64,000 nt of DNA from Candidatus Bathyarchaeota archaeon (lineage in GTDB: Archaea > Thermoproteota > Bathyarchaeia > Bathyarchaeales > Bathyarchaeaceae), in assembly GCA_004376295.1 (NCBI GenBank), contig SOJZ01000031.1, positions 12,624 through 76,623 of the forward strand, read 5' to 3'. Below, piece after piece: positions 27,485-37,721 of the stretch. Below the pieces are notes generated by a model. The model was not told where the DNA came from, did not search any database, and saw only the letters and a program-made list of their open reading frames with translations. The translations under genes were made by a program, and so were the position numbers. Position 1 is the first letter of the stretch. Each line of letters begins with the position of its first letter.

Positions 27485-29800
27485 TTACGATTCAGGATAT
27501 AAAATATCATAGCGGACGTCGAATCTTTTTTTCTCTTTCTTACGTGGTGTAAAGTATTGGAATAAAGTAGATGGAATCGGTAGGAATACGGAGTTCTTTA
27601 AGATTACCGTCATAGTCTCGTAACTATGCCCACCTGGAGGAATGGACAGTAACTCGTTAAGTTGTATGTCATAATAGAAACCAAAAATGCCAGCGGCATG
27701 ACGAAATATATAGATGATTCTTTGACCGCCCCATATCATCTCTGTAAAATGAGGCTGAAAGAAGAAATCTGCTCTGTCAACATACGCCTTATCTGATAAT
27801 CGTAGAAGACCTTTAAAGCCATACATAATCTCCGAATCGTCCAATACTAGTATCTTTGCCTCTGTCTCAACATCGGATCTATGCAAAGCTGGTTTTGCTT
27901 CAAAAGCAGAATAGCTTACATCCTCACTTTCAGATTGAGATCTTATTAGCACTCGTTGACTCTCTACAATATCAGGCATAACGGACGCTACCGTTTGTAT
28001 GTCTTGGATCGAAACCACTTGTTGCTGTTTCTGAGCTGCCACGAGTGCTGCATCAATAGCTTTAGAAAACGTAGTTTTCCCTTTTACGAAGTCTGCAATG
28101 ACATCATCCAACCGCTTAATTTCAGTAACATCGTATTCGAATACATCTCTTTGTCGTCGCAACCTTTTCAAGAACGCTTCAGCTCCTTCTCTTGTACTAC
28201 TTGGCACAAGATGTGATATACGTGGAAAAACGATCGTCCGTACAAAGTCTTTAGTGAACTTATTGAATACAACGAAGTCTGAGTTGTAGCATTGAAGAAG
28301 ATTCTTTATGGCAGTATTATTCGAATCTAGTGTCAAAATGGGAGGTTTCACATCATCCTTAATTAATAGAGATAGATTATGTGTGATTCGCCCAAATTGT
28401 ACCTTGACCTTTAGAAAATAATCAGATTCAAGAATTTGCCCCAACTTAAATGCTAATGCTGCTTCTTCTCTATTCCAAGCAGTTTTTGGCTGAACCTTGA
28501 GAACCTGTGGTTCGCCAGATACTAAAGATGCTTTGGTGTATCGTGCTAGATATTCCACTTCACATCGAGCGCGTGGATTACTCCGAGAGATACGAATTAA
28601 GGGTGTTTCCTCCGACGTGAATGCACTAGCAACACTTTCATCCACGCCCTTGTAATAATTGATATGAAGTTTAGTTGATAAATCCCCAATTTCCTTAAGG
28701 GTTGTTTTCTTATCCGTTGGAAGTAGAGCGACTTTCAGGTTTCCAAGAAGCTCGTATCTGTTCCGCTTGGCTGCCCAGCCCATGAAGGAGGTGTTCATGT
28801 CTACATATGGGGAATCTGCAATAATTGGGGCTATCATTTGTTCTGCAGAAGATACAAGTGACTGAAGCACTTGAACACTAGCAGCCGTCAGAGATTCGCG
28901 TCCTGCAGTTGGTTGAAGGACTTCCAAGTTAGCCACTCCACCAAATGAATAACTCGAATATACCCCTGTTCTTGCAAGACCAAAACCACTCGTGAATGCC
29001 ATTATCTGCCCTATTCCTTGTTTTAGCAAAACTCGCCCTTTAATTGGGTTCTCATTTAATATGATGCTATCCATTTCGATCCAGACAATACCACTCTCCG
29101 AAATTCGGAACTTCAGGTTACATTCACATGAATCAGCTTTGATTTTCTTAATATCACGTGACCAAGCTGCACCTCCTTCAGGCGGACAAGACTCTTCTAG
29201 AGGGTGCATACTTGCTAGAGTTCCATTTATGTACACAGGTATTGGCAAATGTTTCACGAATGTTTCAAGATAGTTTGTTGCCCCAGCAATATCGATAATG
29301 TGATCAGAAAGTAATTCCGCAATAACCTTGGTTCCCGGTTCATTAAGTGGTGCAAGATTTTCTTCAGAGATACAATCTTCTTCCAGCGAGAGTGTGTCTC
29401 GATTAGCTTGACATTTTGTTCGAATATTATTACTAGCAGACTCACTAATGACCGTGAGCTTCCGGCAAATGCCAAAATTGGCGAGACCTCCTATTCCGAA
29501 AGTTCCCACAACTCCTGCAGCTATAGCTTCAGGGGTATTCTTGCCACTCGCACCTGCACGCCAAAAATGATTTTTAAGTTCCTCTGGCGTCATCCCGATT
29601 CCGTTATCTGTGACGTCTATAGAGTTAGCTGAAATCTTTACATCTATTCTGGGGGAAAATGTCTCGGGGCTTCGATATCTTCTCACTAAGATTGCATCAT
29701 AGGCGTTTTGAACATTCTCTCTTAGTAGAGCGTAAGGTGAATCGTAAATCTTAGTCGAAAGTACCTCTAATATCTTTGTTACTTCAATTTGGAATTTCAT
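27485..29800 (-). CDS. Hsp90-like GHKL (Bergerat-fold) ATPase with about 600-aa uncharacterised C-terminal region
   Basis: 771 aa; motif I RENVQNAYDA, motif II DNGIGM, motif III GTFGIGGLANFG. The ATG is 1 nt after the stop of the upstream gene. Confidence 0.85.
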   Translation of the reverse strand: MKFQIEVTKILEVLSTKIYDSPYALLRENVQNAYDAILVRRYRSPETFSPRIDVKISANSIDVTDNGIGMTPEELKNHFWRAGASGKNTPEAIAAGVVGTFGIGGLANFGICRKLTVISESASNNIRTKCQANRDTLSLEEDCISEENLAPLNEPGTKVIAELLSDHIIDIAGATNYLETFVKHLPIPVYINGTLASMHPLEESCPPEGGAAWSRDIKKIKADSCECNLKFRISESGIVWIEMDSIILNENPIKGRVLLKQGIGQIMAFTSGFGLARTGVYSSYSFGGVANLEVLQPTAGRESLTAASVQVLQSLVSSAEQMIAPIIADSPYVDMNTSFMGWAAKRNRYELLGNLKVALLPTDKKTTLKEIGDLSTKLHINYYKGVDESVASAFTSEETPLIRISRSNPRARCEVEYLARYTKASLVSGEPQVLKVQPKTAWNREEAALAFKLGQILESDYFLKVKVQFGRITHNLSLLIKDDVKPPILTLDSNNTAIKNLLQCYNSDFVVFNKFTKDFVRTIVFPRISHLVPSSTREGAEAFLKRLRRQRDVFEYDVTEIKRLDDVIADFVKGKTTFSKAIDAALVAAQKQQQVVSIQDIQTVASVMPDIVESQRVLIRSQSESEDVSYSAFEAKPALHRSDVETEAKILVLDDSEIMYGFKGLLRLSDKAYVDRADFFFQPHFTEMIWGGQRIIYIFRHAAGIFGFYYDIQLNELLSIPPGGHSYETMTVILKNSVFLPIPSTLFQYFTPRKKEKKRFDVRYDILYPES

Positions 29801-29801
29801 C

Positions 29802-31307
29802 CTATCGTCCTCTCCTTATGGCAATTCTTCTCTCTGCTTTTACCCTCTTTTCTAGAGCATCTATGAATCCTTTGTCATAAGTTAGTGTATCTCTCTTACA
29901 CTCCGAAATTGTTTGGTCCGCAGAATCAAATTTTCCCTTCTTACAGAGGGCATCCACAACAATACTAAGTTCGTTTGGATTCCTGGGTTTCCGAATTAAT
30001 CCTATCAGATCATCCCATCTCCCAAGTTCATACAAACACTCGGTCAACAGTCTATTGACAATCGGAATGTCATCTGGCAGTTCTGCCAACAAACCGAGGG
30101 CTTCATTATATTTCTTCTCCCTCATGTATAATTCGGCTTTCTCTAACGAGGGTGAGATTTCAGACAAGACCTTTTTCCTCCTTTGTGCTATTTCTCGAAG
30201 TAAGGGAAGATCCATTTCATACCAACTCTTACCACCAAATTCTTGGAGTTTTGCGGAGGTGAAGCTAGTATTACTGAACCACTCCCTAACATGAATCTTT
30301 ACTTTATAATCTGTTTCATCTATTTCAATTAGGTTATATTGTCTTCGATACCCTGAAGGAATCGCCTGCGGATCTGCACAGAGAGAACCTGCTGAGATTA
30401 TCGGCATAAAACGTTCAGGATTCAAATGGTATGCATAAGAAACGATATTGCTTTTATGTTGGTGACCATGCAGCCCTAGAACATATCCACGGTCGATTAG
30501 CAAGGGTAATACTTCTTTGCGATTTAAGTGATCGATGTTATACTCTGAACTCTCTAAACCGTGATGCCAAAAGGCAATTTTTAAAGGAATATTGTTCAGT
30601 GCTGATTCTCGAATCCGAAGCCCGTTTCTAGCGACGTTGTCGGTAAAGATTCTGCCACGATGATCGTAACAATCATTTCCGTATAGTGAACTGAATCCTG
30701 TAAGCATAGCTCTGCGATCCGAAGTAACAAAATTGACTGCTTGTTCATTATTTTCAAGGCTGAACTTATAACCTTGCATTTTGTAGAAATCATCAAAGAA
30801 CTCTTTGAAATACTTGAGCCGTGATTTATAGAGGTCAAAATCTTTAATCCGATAAAGCTGTAGATCCTCCAAAGAAAGGCGATATGGGCTGTTTGCACCT
30901 CTTAGCAGTTCAGAGAGATTTTTTCGACCATTGGCTTCTACACACTCCATGGATTGTCTGCAAAGTTGCCAACACACATCATGATTGCCAGGCACTACAA
31001 AAACTCTACTAAGATCTCTATCAAACAATTCATTACTTAACTGAATCAAGAACCCTTTGGCCTCTTGATATTGCTTAGCTAAAGTTTCAGAGACATTAGT
31101 GTCGGTGATCGGTGCTCCACTGATGAGATCACCGGTTACTACAACGACATCACATTTTTGTATAGCTGGATTTTCATGTTGTTGTTTCTCCAAATCTAAA
31201 AGCAAACATGATAAAAGCATGTCATTAGACACAGGTGCATTTTGCGATCGATGTAAATCGGATAGGTGAAGGATTGTAAGCACGGAGCCCACGCTCTTCT
31301 CGCTCAT
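29802..31307 (-). CDS. Calcineurin-like metallophosphoesterase with C-terminal TPR-like helical domain
   Basis: 501 aa; ILHLSDLHRS, VVVTGDLISG, VVPGNHDV, AFWHHGL, LGLHGHQHKS (all canonical phosphoesterase motifs). Helical repeat tail ...YNEALGLLAEL...LYELGRWDDLIGL... Confidence 0.85.
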   Translation of the reverse strand: MSEKSVGSVLTILHLSDLHRSQNAPVSNDMLLSCLLLDLEKQQHENPAIQKCDVVVVTGDLISGAPITDTNVSETLAKQYQEAKGFLIQLSNELFDRDLSRVFVVPGNHDVCWQLCRQSMECVEANGRKNLSELLRGANSPYRLSLEDLQLYRIKDFDLYKSRLKYFKEFFDDFYKMQGYKFSLENNEQAVNFVTSDRRAMLTGFSSLYGNDCYDHRGRIFTDNVARNGLRIRESALNNIPLKIAFWHHGLESSEYNIDHLNRKEVLPLLIDRGYVLGLHGHQHKSNIVSYAYHLNPERFMPIISAGSLCADPQAIPSGYRRQYNLIEIDETDYKVKIHVREWFSNTSFTSAKLQEFGGKSWYEMDLPLLREIAQRRKKVLSEISPSLEKAELYMREKKYNEALGLLAELPDDIPIVNRLLTECLYELGRWDDLIGLIRKPRNPNELSIVVDALCKKGKFDSADQTISECKRDTLTYDKGFIDALEKRVKAERRIAIRRGR

Positions 31308-31484
31308 TTTGAAATCTTCCAGTAATCGTACGCTTGAGTATGAGTGTTCGCTATTAACACATGATGCCTTTCAAAATATATATTTGCATGCTTGCATCAC
31401 TACTCTACCTACAAAACTACGGAATCTATCAGCGGTAAAGACACCAGAGGAATTTTGAGCTAACCAGCTAACAAGTGTTTATCT

Positions 31485-31785
31485 TTTTGGACTCTTCTAT
31501 TTTGGCTGAAATGGTGACTAGACGGTCTTTTTTTCACTATGATTTGACACTATTTTGGACTCTATCAGAGCTAGTAGAATAAATATTTTACTGGTCTACG
31601 CTGGTCTACAGTTGATTTTATATTCTAATGGTCTTTCCAATGGATATTCTATTAAAAGAAGCTCAATTCGGGGTTTTACACTATACTGAAATAATGCTAA
31701 ATTTTTCCATTCTTTTATTTTCGTGTGTAATGTTGGTCTACCATTACTTTTTTTAATAGATGTTCTGTTAGCACTTTGTTAGCAC
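31485..31785. repeat. Cluster of short direct repeats inside a ~960-bp ORF-free AT-rich region (31308-32271)
   Basis: ctggtctacg/ctggtctaca tandem at 31591-31610. tggtct variants at 31521-31530, 31627-31636 and 31733-31742. ttttggactct at 31485 and 31553. tgttagcac x2 at 31766-31785. Confidence 0.6.
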
Positions 31786-32271
31786 CGAATCTAACAATTA
31801 ACATAGTTTAATGGGCTTTTTTGTGTTCATGAATATACCTATCATCATATTCGTCTGGCCCAGTCTGCAAATATATCACCTTATAAAACTATGATGGTGG
31901 TTTTTTCTTAAATCTTAGTGCACACATTTTTCTAGCATCTTCCCTTTTTCTGGAAACCAAAAAAGTAGGTTAATTATCTGGTCGATTACAGGTAACGCCT
32001 TCTTGTTGCCTGTGGAAAGAAATGATATCAATAACTGTTTCTAGATAAACAATCGCCAAAAACGCAATTGCCAATGTAGCAATCGAACCACTATCCGTAT
32101 ACTAAAATGAGAAAAAACTAATTTAAGATATTTTATCAGAAAAAACCATGAAAGAGCCGTTTTGAAATTACGCCGTTAAAACTTTCTAATCAATGCAATA
32201 AATGGGTGGTAAAGAAGTGAAGGTATTATAAAATGGCCTCTGCATGTATGCAAGTGTAGAATAGAGTTAAT

Positions 32272-32772
32272 CTACCATGTTTCTATAAGCTCTGCCAAGT
32301 ATTTTAGACCGAAGGGTTTAGCGACAAATCCCTTAAGGCTGACTAGCATGTTCTCGCTGCCTTCTATGAGCTCGCCAAGTTCTGCCTTAAGATCATTTAT
32401 GAACAGGTCATACTCTGCGTAGCTTCTGTGCAAAGAGATCATTACAGCATCCTTTCCCATACCTTGAGCTTTTGAGGCAAATATAATGTTAGGATGTTTA
32501 TTCAACCATTTTTGTCCCTTCTCAATCAGTTCTTTTGATCTTGGCACCTTGTAAACGCCCGTGGTAATAGCCATGATTTCAAATCCTATCTTAGCGAAGT
32601 CGGGGATGATCGTGAAGTCTCTTATGGTTCCATTCTTCACAAGCTTACTTCTCGTTCTGGTTACAGTTGGCTGTGACACTCCAACAAGCTCTGCTAGTTT
32701 CCTATCACTCTTCTTGGAATCCTTTAGCAATTCCACAAGAACCTTTTTCATTACCTTTTTCATCAGCATCAC
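32272..32772 (-). CDS. Lrp/AsnC-family transcriptional regulator
   Basis: 166 aa; HTH LAELVGVSQPTVTRTRSKLVKNGTI plus a C-terminal RAM-like domain. Confidence 0.8.
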   Translation of the reverse strand: MMLMKKVMKKVLVELLKDSKKSDRKLAELVGVSQPTVTRTRSKLVKNGTIRDFTIIPDFAKIGFEIMAITTGVYKVPRSKELIEKGQKWLNKHPNIIFASKAQGMGKDAVMISLHRSYAEYDLFINDLKAELGELIEGSENMLVSLKGFVAKPFGLKYLAELIETW

Positions 32773-32893
32773 CGCTCAACTGCATGCATTTGTATCACCT
32801 GCAAATTAACCTTTCTGCACGTACATGCAAGCCCTCTCTTCTTTTTTTCTATCGTTAGTTTTTTAGATGCATGCATGGCGCTCAAAGCGTGGC

Positions 32894-33367
32894 TCATACT
32901 TGAAGATAGAATCCCCGAATTATGTCCTGTCTCGAGACGATCCCAACGAGCTTCTTTTCCTTGTCAACAACAGGCAGTCTGTTGATGTTTTTCTTCTTCA
33001 TTATACTTGCCGCTTCAACTATGCCTGTATCCATTGAGACGGTTACGAGCTTTTGAGTCATCACTTCAGCTACACTTTTGCCTCCAATATCCTTTATTGC
33101 ATTCAGCATTTGTTTTAGCTTGTAATCTTTGATACCTAGGCTTATCTGAAGTGGCAGGTAGTGTTCAAGCTTCGTTAATATCGGAGACCGCTCACCTAAG
33201 CGGATAATATCTGACTCGCTGACAAGTCCAATCACTTCTCTTTTCTCGTTAACCACTGGTGCGCCGCTAATATTGTACTTATGAAAGGTCTCACAAACTT
33301 CTCGTATAGTGGTTTCAGGGCTGAACGTTATTACTTCTTTCGTCATTACATCTCTCACTAGAGGCAT
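32894..33367 (-). CDS. CBS-domain pair protein
   Basis: 157 aa; two CBS repeats (VMT.EVIT...; GIVSRQDII). Confidence 0.85.
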   Translation of the reverse strand: MPLVRDVMTKEVITFSPETTIREVCETFHKYNISGAPVVNEKREVIGLVSESDIIRLGERSPILTKLEHYLPLQISLGIKDYKLKQMLNAIKDIGGKSVAEVMTQKLVTVSMDTGIVEAASIMKKKNINRLPVVDKEKKLVGIVSRQDIIRGFYLQV

Positions 33368-33379
33368 GACATCTCACCT

Positions 33380-33850
33380 TTAGCCTTTTGTGATTGCATG
33401 TATAATATCTTCCCTGGCAACTATCCCAACTAGCTTTCCATCCTCATCTACGACTGGCAGATGGTTCACATCTTTCTCACACATTATTTCCGCAACTTTT
33501 TCAATCAAAGTTTCAGGGAGAATAGTGATTGATTTTTTCGTCATAATCTCTTTGATCTTCACCTTTTGAGCTCTCTCGAAATCCCTAAAAAGCTCATCCA
33601 CTTCGATTTTAAGTAACCTATCTGATATTATTGGCGGCAAAGCGGAGGCAAGTGTACCTATCGAACTTTCGAATATTTCACTTATCAGGTTTACCAGATT
33701 TTTCTCACTTACAAACCCAACAACTTTTTCGTCATCCATAACTGGTGCTCCATTGATGTTATTCTTTAGAAACTTTTCTGCAACTAACGCTGCTGTGTCA
33801 TCAGGGTTCAATGTTATTACTTCCTTCGACATTATATCCCTTGCCTTCAA
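33380..33850 (-). CDS. CBS-domain pair protein
   Basis: 156 aa; paralogue of the preceding gene. Confidence 0.85.
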   Translation of the reverse strand: MKARDIMSKEVITLNPDDTAALVAEKFLKNNINGAPVMDDEKVVGFVSEKNLVNLISEIFESSIGTLASALPPIISDRLLKIEVDELFRDFERAQKVKIKEIMTKKSITILPETLIEKVAEIMCEKDVNHLPVVDEDGKLVGIVAREDIIHAITKG

Positions 33851-34078
33851 AAACTCACCTTTTATTCTTCATGCATACCATGTTTAAAAAGTTACGGTAT
33901 CATTTTATGCATGCATAAGCAAATTGAAAAGACGTGGTGTGAAAATAGGCATCGCAACAAGTGTAGCCAAGCCCTATTGGACGGAAGCAGAAACATACCC
34001 AAATGTGACAAACGACAAGTTAGAACTAACAAAAGAACAAGTGAGACTGCTTGATTTGTTCACTGCTGATTAGCTGAG

Positions 34079-34135
34079 TTACGGACATGCATGCATACAG
34101 CGTTTAACATAGATCGTTTACGTTTTAACATTCGA
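34079..34135 (+). repeat. Intergenic repeat carrying an ATGCATGCAT core (copy 1)
   Basis: gttacggacatgcatgcatacagcgtttaacatagatcgtttacgttttaacatt. Homologous to 53470-53535, about 85 percent identity by eye. Confidence 0.7.
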
Positions 34136-34510
34136 AAGTGTAAAAAACGGGTAAAACTCCAAAAATCGATCGTGCGCGTTTTTTTAGAGGTGGTGAGGTT
34201 TCTCCATACTTGGCTAAGCTTTCTAAAACCTAAATAAACTTGGTATCGACGTATTGGATATAGGTGTAACCGACTAATCGCAATAGATTCTTTTGGGTGT
34301 TATCTAGGTCTGCAACATTCACGAATAGACATCACCTTCCATCTTTCACAAGTTCATACGGTTTCCGACATAGAAAATTGTTAGTGAAGTTGATCTTTAG
34401 ATGTGTTTAACCGAGAAGGTGTGTATTATTTTTAAATCGTTATTCATAAAAATCTATGTTCATTTTACATGCATGCATATTGCATAGTGAAAAAGAAGGG
34501 GAAGAAGTAG

Positions 34511-35599
34511 CTACTTAAGGCTACTTTCTTTTTCTAAACGTGGCGGTTCATTGGTCTCTTTTCTAGGTTTTGACCTGATCACCAGAAGGGTTACCACGAC
34601 TCCGGCTAAGGTGGATGTTGCTCCAAGGAGAATGGAAAGGACAACTAGAATGGGTAGAAAGGACACATCAATGTTTATTGTTGTTTCGGGAGTTTGGGCA
34701 ACACCCGAAATCATCAAGTCCCTGTTTAGCCAATTCACCTTTCCATCGTATTTGAGGACTGTTAGCCAGGCTTTATACTGGAAGATTTCTCCTATTCTGA
34801 GGTCTATTTTGGATAAGTCGCCTTTTGAAAGCACGGTCTCTATTGGCGTCCAACCTCCTTTGGGAAGTCTGTAGCCTACTTTTCGGAATGGAGAATAATT
34901 TTTCACTATCTTGTCCTCAGTGAGGACAAAAAGCGTTATCTCTGTGTCTCCCCCTACTGGGCTTGTAATGACCAGAGGGTAGTAAAGGAAGTCTGAGTTG
35001 AATTTGTAGAGTATTGGGTCAACGCTTCTTTCCTCCGAGGAGACAGTTATCAAATCTAGAGCGTAGTAACGGAAGCCTCTATTCATGTAGTCTTCAACTA
35101 CAGACTCAAAGCTTCCTAGAGACACCACGTCATCAACACCACTGTTTTCCAGAAAGCTGTCCATCCAGCTGCTTAGTTCGGAGGTGTCGCTTGCTTTGAC
35201 GACTGTGATGTTGTGGGCGCCTATTTCTTCGTGGAAAACAACTTCAACACTATTAGAGCGAACTTCACCTTTGTTACCGTACATGAACATGTTTAAGCCT
35301 TCATTCCAAATCAGGTTTTGAACCTCATTGAAGGATTGGAAGCTTGCAGCCTCCACAGTAGGTTTTGAAGGAAGAGGAAGAATCTCTAAGACTAGGGTTT
35401 CTTGACTGGAGGTTACGTCTGTTGAGAGTATCATTATTTCCTCGTGTCCGTTCCATGCAAGGATTGCTTTCTGTCCGGGCTCGTAGACTGAGACATCAGG
35501 TTCAATGGGAATCAAGCCTCTATCAGCATAAACAGAAGGGAAACGCAGGGAAACCAATAAAAACAACGCAACTACACAAATAAAACGAAGTTTCTGCAA
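34511..35599 (-). CDS. Secreted, C-terminally anchored protein (DUF2330-like)
   Basis: 362 aa; signal peptide and C-terminal TM. The DRGLIPIEPDVSVYEPGQKAILAWNG start resembles DUF2330 proteins (from memory). Confidence 0.55.
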   Translation of the reverse strand: MQKLRFICVVALFLLVSLRFPSVYADRGLIPIEPDVSVYEPGQKAILAWNGHEEIMILSTDVTSSQETLVLEILPLPSKPTVEAASFQSFNEVQNLIWNEGLNMFMYGNKGEVRSNSVEVVFHEEIGAHNITVVKASDTSELSSWMDSFLENSGVDDVVSLGSFESVVEDYMNRGFRYYALDLITVSSEERSVDPILYKFNSDFLYYPLVITSPVGGDTEITLFVLTEDKIVKNYSPFRKVGYRLPKGGWTPIETVLSKGDLSKIDLRIGEIFQYKAWLTVLKYDGKVNWLNRDLMISGVAQTPETTINIDVSFLPILVVLSILLGATSTLAGVVVTLLVIRSKPRKETNEPPRLEKESSLK

Positions 35600-36114
35600 A
35601 TGGACACCCTTCAGTTCTTAGTTTTCTTCCCTTATAATACTAAGGATTAGAACATCCAGACAAACAGTGTTCTACTTTTTAGAACAATTGGATGGCGAAG
35701 AAATTGTACATTCCAGTTTTTCTGAACATGAAGCAGACCAACTCTTTGAAAGTCTTGAACTTCTGTACAAACAAAGAAGACAAACTATAGTAAAACGGAG
35801 AAACAAAATTCAGAATGAGCCTACCTAGATTACATAGTAAAAAAGTAAAATTGCTGTGTATGCATACTGGCACTTGAAGTAACGTTTTTATCAACTCAAT
35901 CGAATAATCTGTTGAAGGAAGTAGTAGTTGCATGAAAGGCGTGAAGTTCTTGTTAGTTGTAGCTACATTAGGTGTGATAATCATTTTCGTTTCCGCGGCA
36001 TTAATCGTGCCTCGTCTCCCCCTTTTCCCTGTAGATTCTGTTGCAGCATCTGAATGGACGCATGTCTGTCATAGTACAGTGGTTTTCATTTCCTTAGCAT
36101 GCATGCATGAAACT

Positions 36115-36348
36115 TCATGTGCGGCTTTGCCGTCTTCTCTTTTTAAGCTTTTCAATTTGCTTGCCAGTGCCCATTCCTAACAGGAAGATAAGGGCTACTA
36201 ACATTGGATCAATTGGAATCTCTACAGGTTCACCAATTATCATATTGTTCCAAACTGAAACTCCAATGAACAGCACTAGGAAAAAGACGGTGAGGGCGAA
36301 TAGAGGGTCAATGACCTTCTTTAGATTCTCTCTAGTCATTTTAGTCAC
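36115..36348 (-). CDS. Small membrane protein
   Basis: 77 aa, 2 TM, basic tail. Confidence 0.45.
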   Translation of the reverse strand: MTKMTRENLKKVIDPLFALTVFFLVLFIGVSVWNNMIIGEPVEIPIDPMLVALIFLLGMGTGKQIEKLKKRRRQSRT

Positions 36349-36377
36349 CTCTTAGCACCAAGAGCTGTGGCTTCCAA

Positions 36378-36623
36378 TTATGCATGCATGCATTTGCCAA
36401 CTAAACGATATAGAAGTAGACAAAACAAAAATAGACAAACCAAGAGCACAACAACAAGTACACCACACTCCACTCCCATGAAAAAAACATCCGAATGAGT
36501 AGGATATTTTGCAGTAAACAACCGCTGAGTAATCAAAATACTAACAATAACGAAAATAATGATGGCACCAAGAAGAACATATCCTTTTATCGACGATTTT
36601 TCCTTCTCATTCATGGCTTTCAC
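36378..36623 (-). CDS. Small membrane protein
   Basis: 81 aa, 2 TM. The last codons (KCMHA*) are formed by an (ATGC)n tract. Confidence 0.45.
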   Translation of the reverse strand: MKAMNEKEKSSIKGYVLLGAIIIFVIVSILITQRLFTAKYPTHSDVFFMGVECGVLVVVLLVCLFLFCLLLYRLVGKCMHA

Positions 36624-36638
36624 TCTTCACTATTCTAA

Positions 36639-36932
36639 TTAGTTCTTTTGGTTGTGCTTTTCTATTTTCCATATTACCATCAGATTTGCTATGGCAACTA
36701 TCAATAGCATGATTATTGAAAGATTTGGAAACGTAATCCACGTGTTGTATCCATAGTCTATACGAACAAGAACTGGACTCCAAAAGAACTTAGAATATTC
36801 AGAATCAATGTATCCAGCGTTGATGATGTTGTAAACAGTTCGCCAAATATCCCAATTGCATACTCCATAGACCACGATGAGAACAACATTGACCAAAATC
36901 ATGAGTCTGAAATATTTCGACAAATCCATCAC
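36639..36932 (-). CDS. Small membrane protein
   Basis: 97 aa, 2-3 TM. Confidence 0.45.
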   Translation of the reverse strand: MMDLSKYFRLMILVNVVLIVVYGVCNWDIWRTVYNIINAGYIDSEYSKFFWSPVLVRIDYGYNTWITFPNLSIIMLLIVAIANLMVIWKIEKHNQKN

Positions 36933-37020
36933 CTTTTCTGAATGTATTAATTAGTTCCTTCGGTTCTACTATAACTTTTCCGCATTTATCACATTCAGAA
37001 ACTTCTAAAGGCTTATACAT
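36805..37020 (-). CDS. Mini CxKC protein MYKPLEVSECDKCGKVIVEPKEL... (true 3' end uncertain)
   Basis: The only copy of the CxKC motif family with an ATG. The frame overlaps 36639..36932 out of frame, so the functional product may be about 30 aa or fused by a frameshift. Confidence 0.3.
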   Translation of the reverse strand: MYKPLEVSECDKCGKVIVEPKELINTFRKGDGFVEIFQTHDFGQCCSHRGLWSMQLGYLANCLQHHQRWIH

Positions 37021-37069
37021 AGGAATGTAAGGCTTCTAATGTTTAGAGATATATTCAATTATAGATTAA

Positions 37070-37366
37070 ATGGAATTGATGGGAAAAGCGATGGCAAAGT
37101 GGTGGGACAGAAAATGGCGTTTAGTGATAGTTGCAATTCTATTACCGATTTTGCTTGTTCCCATTATCAGCGTATTCTTGTTTCCTGAAACACCATTAAC
37201 CGAGTCTCTTTTGTATGGTGCGGTCTTTTCTTTGTTTGTTGCTTCGGCATTCCGTATCTTGCAACAAATAGAACGGTTGGGGTTAAGAGTTGTCATTCTT
37301 GTGGTGGTGGGTGCGGCTTTGCTTGTTTTATTATTAGGATTTGCGTTCAGAATATGGAAGTATTGA
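37070..37366 (+). CDS. Small membrane protein
   Basis: 98 aa, 3 TM. The stop is immediately followed by ATGCATGCAT. Confidence 0.45.
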   Translation: MELMGKAMAKWWDRKWRLVIVAILLPILLVPIISVFLFPETPLTESLLYGAVFSLFVASAFRILQQIERLGLRVVILVVVGAALLVLLLGFAFRIWKY

Positions 37367-37721
37367 TGCATGCATGGCCTTGGGTCAAAAGACTTAACAG
37401 AATCCAACCTAAGACTTTACAGCCCTTCATTTTAATCCATCACCCGATGGTTAACATCTTTCTTCATCACCCTAAGACTTAACAGAACCCAAAATTCCAA
37501 TAATCTTCATAACATGAACAGTGTAGATACCGAAAGAGTAATACTCCTTCTTTTCTATTCTCTTAAACAAGCATTCAAAGAAATAGTTGAAAGAATGTGG
37601 AAGCTATTAGTAGAATGAAGAAGTTACAGTTTGTTAAAATCAAATGTCAATATGGATATACTAATCTTATCCCAGTCTATGAAGTTTTAGAGTTTATGAA
37701 ATTAACGTTCGGCATTTTTTG

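Noticed and set aside
35679-36180. ORFs 35679..35984 (-) and 35932..36180 (+)
   Set aside because: They are mutually overlapping, have no recognisable features, and 35932..36180 reads through an (ATGC)n tract. The evidence is insufficient to call either, though the hydrophobic N-terminus of 35932.. could be a real small membrane protein.
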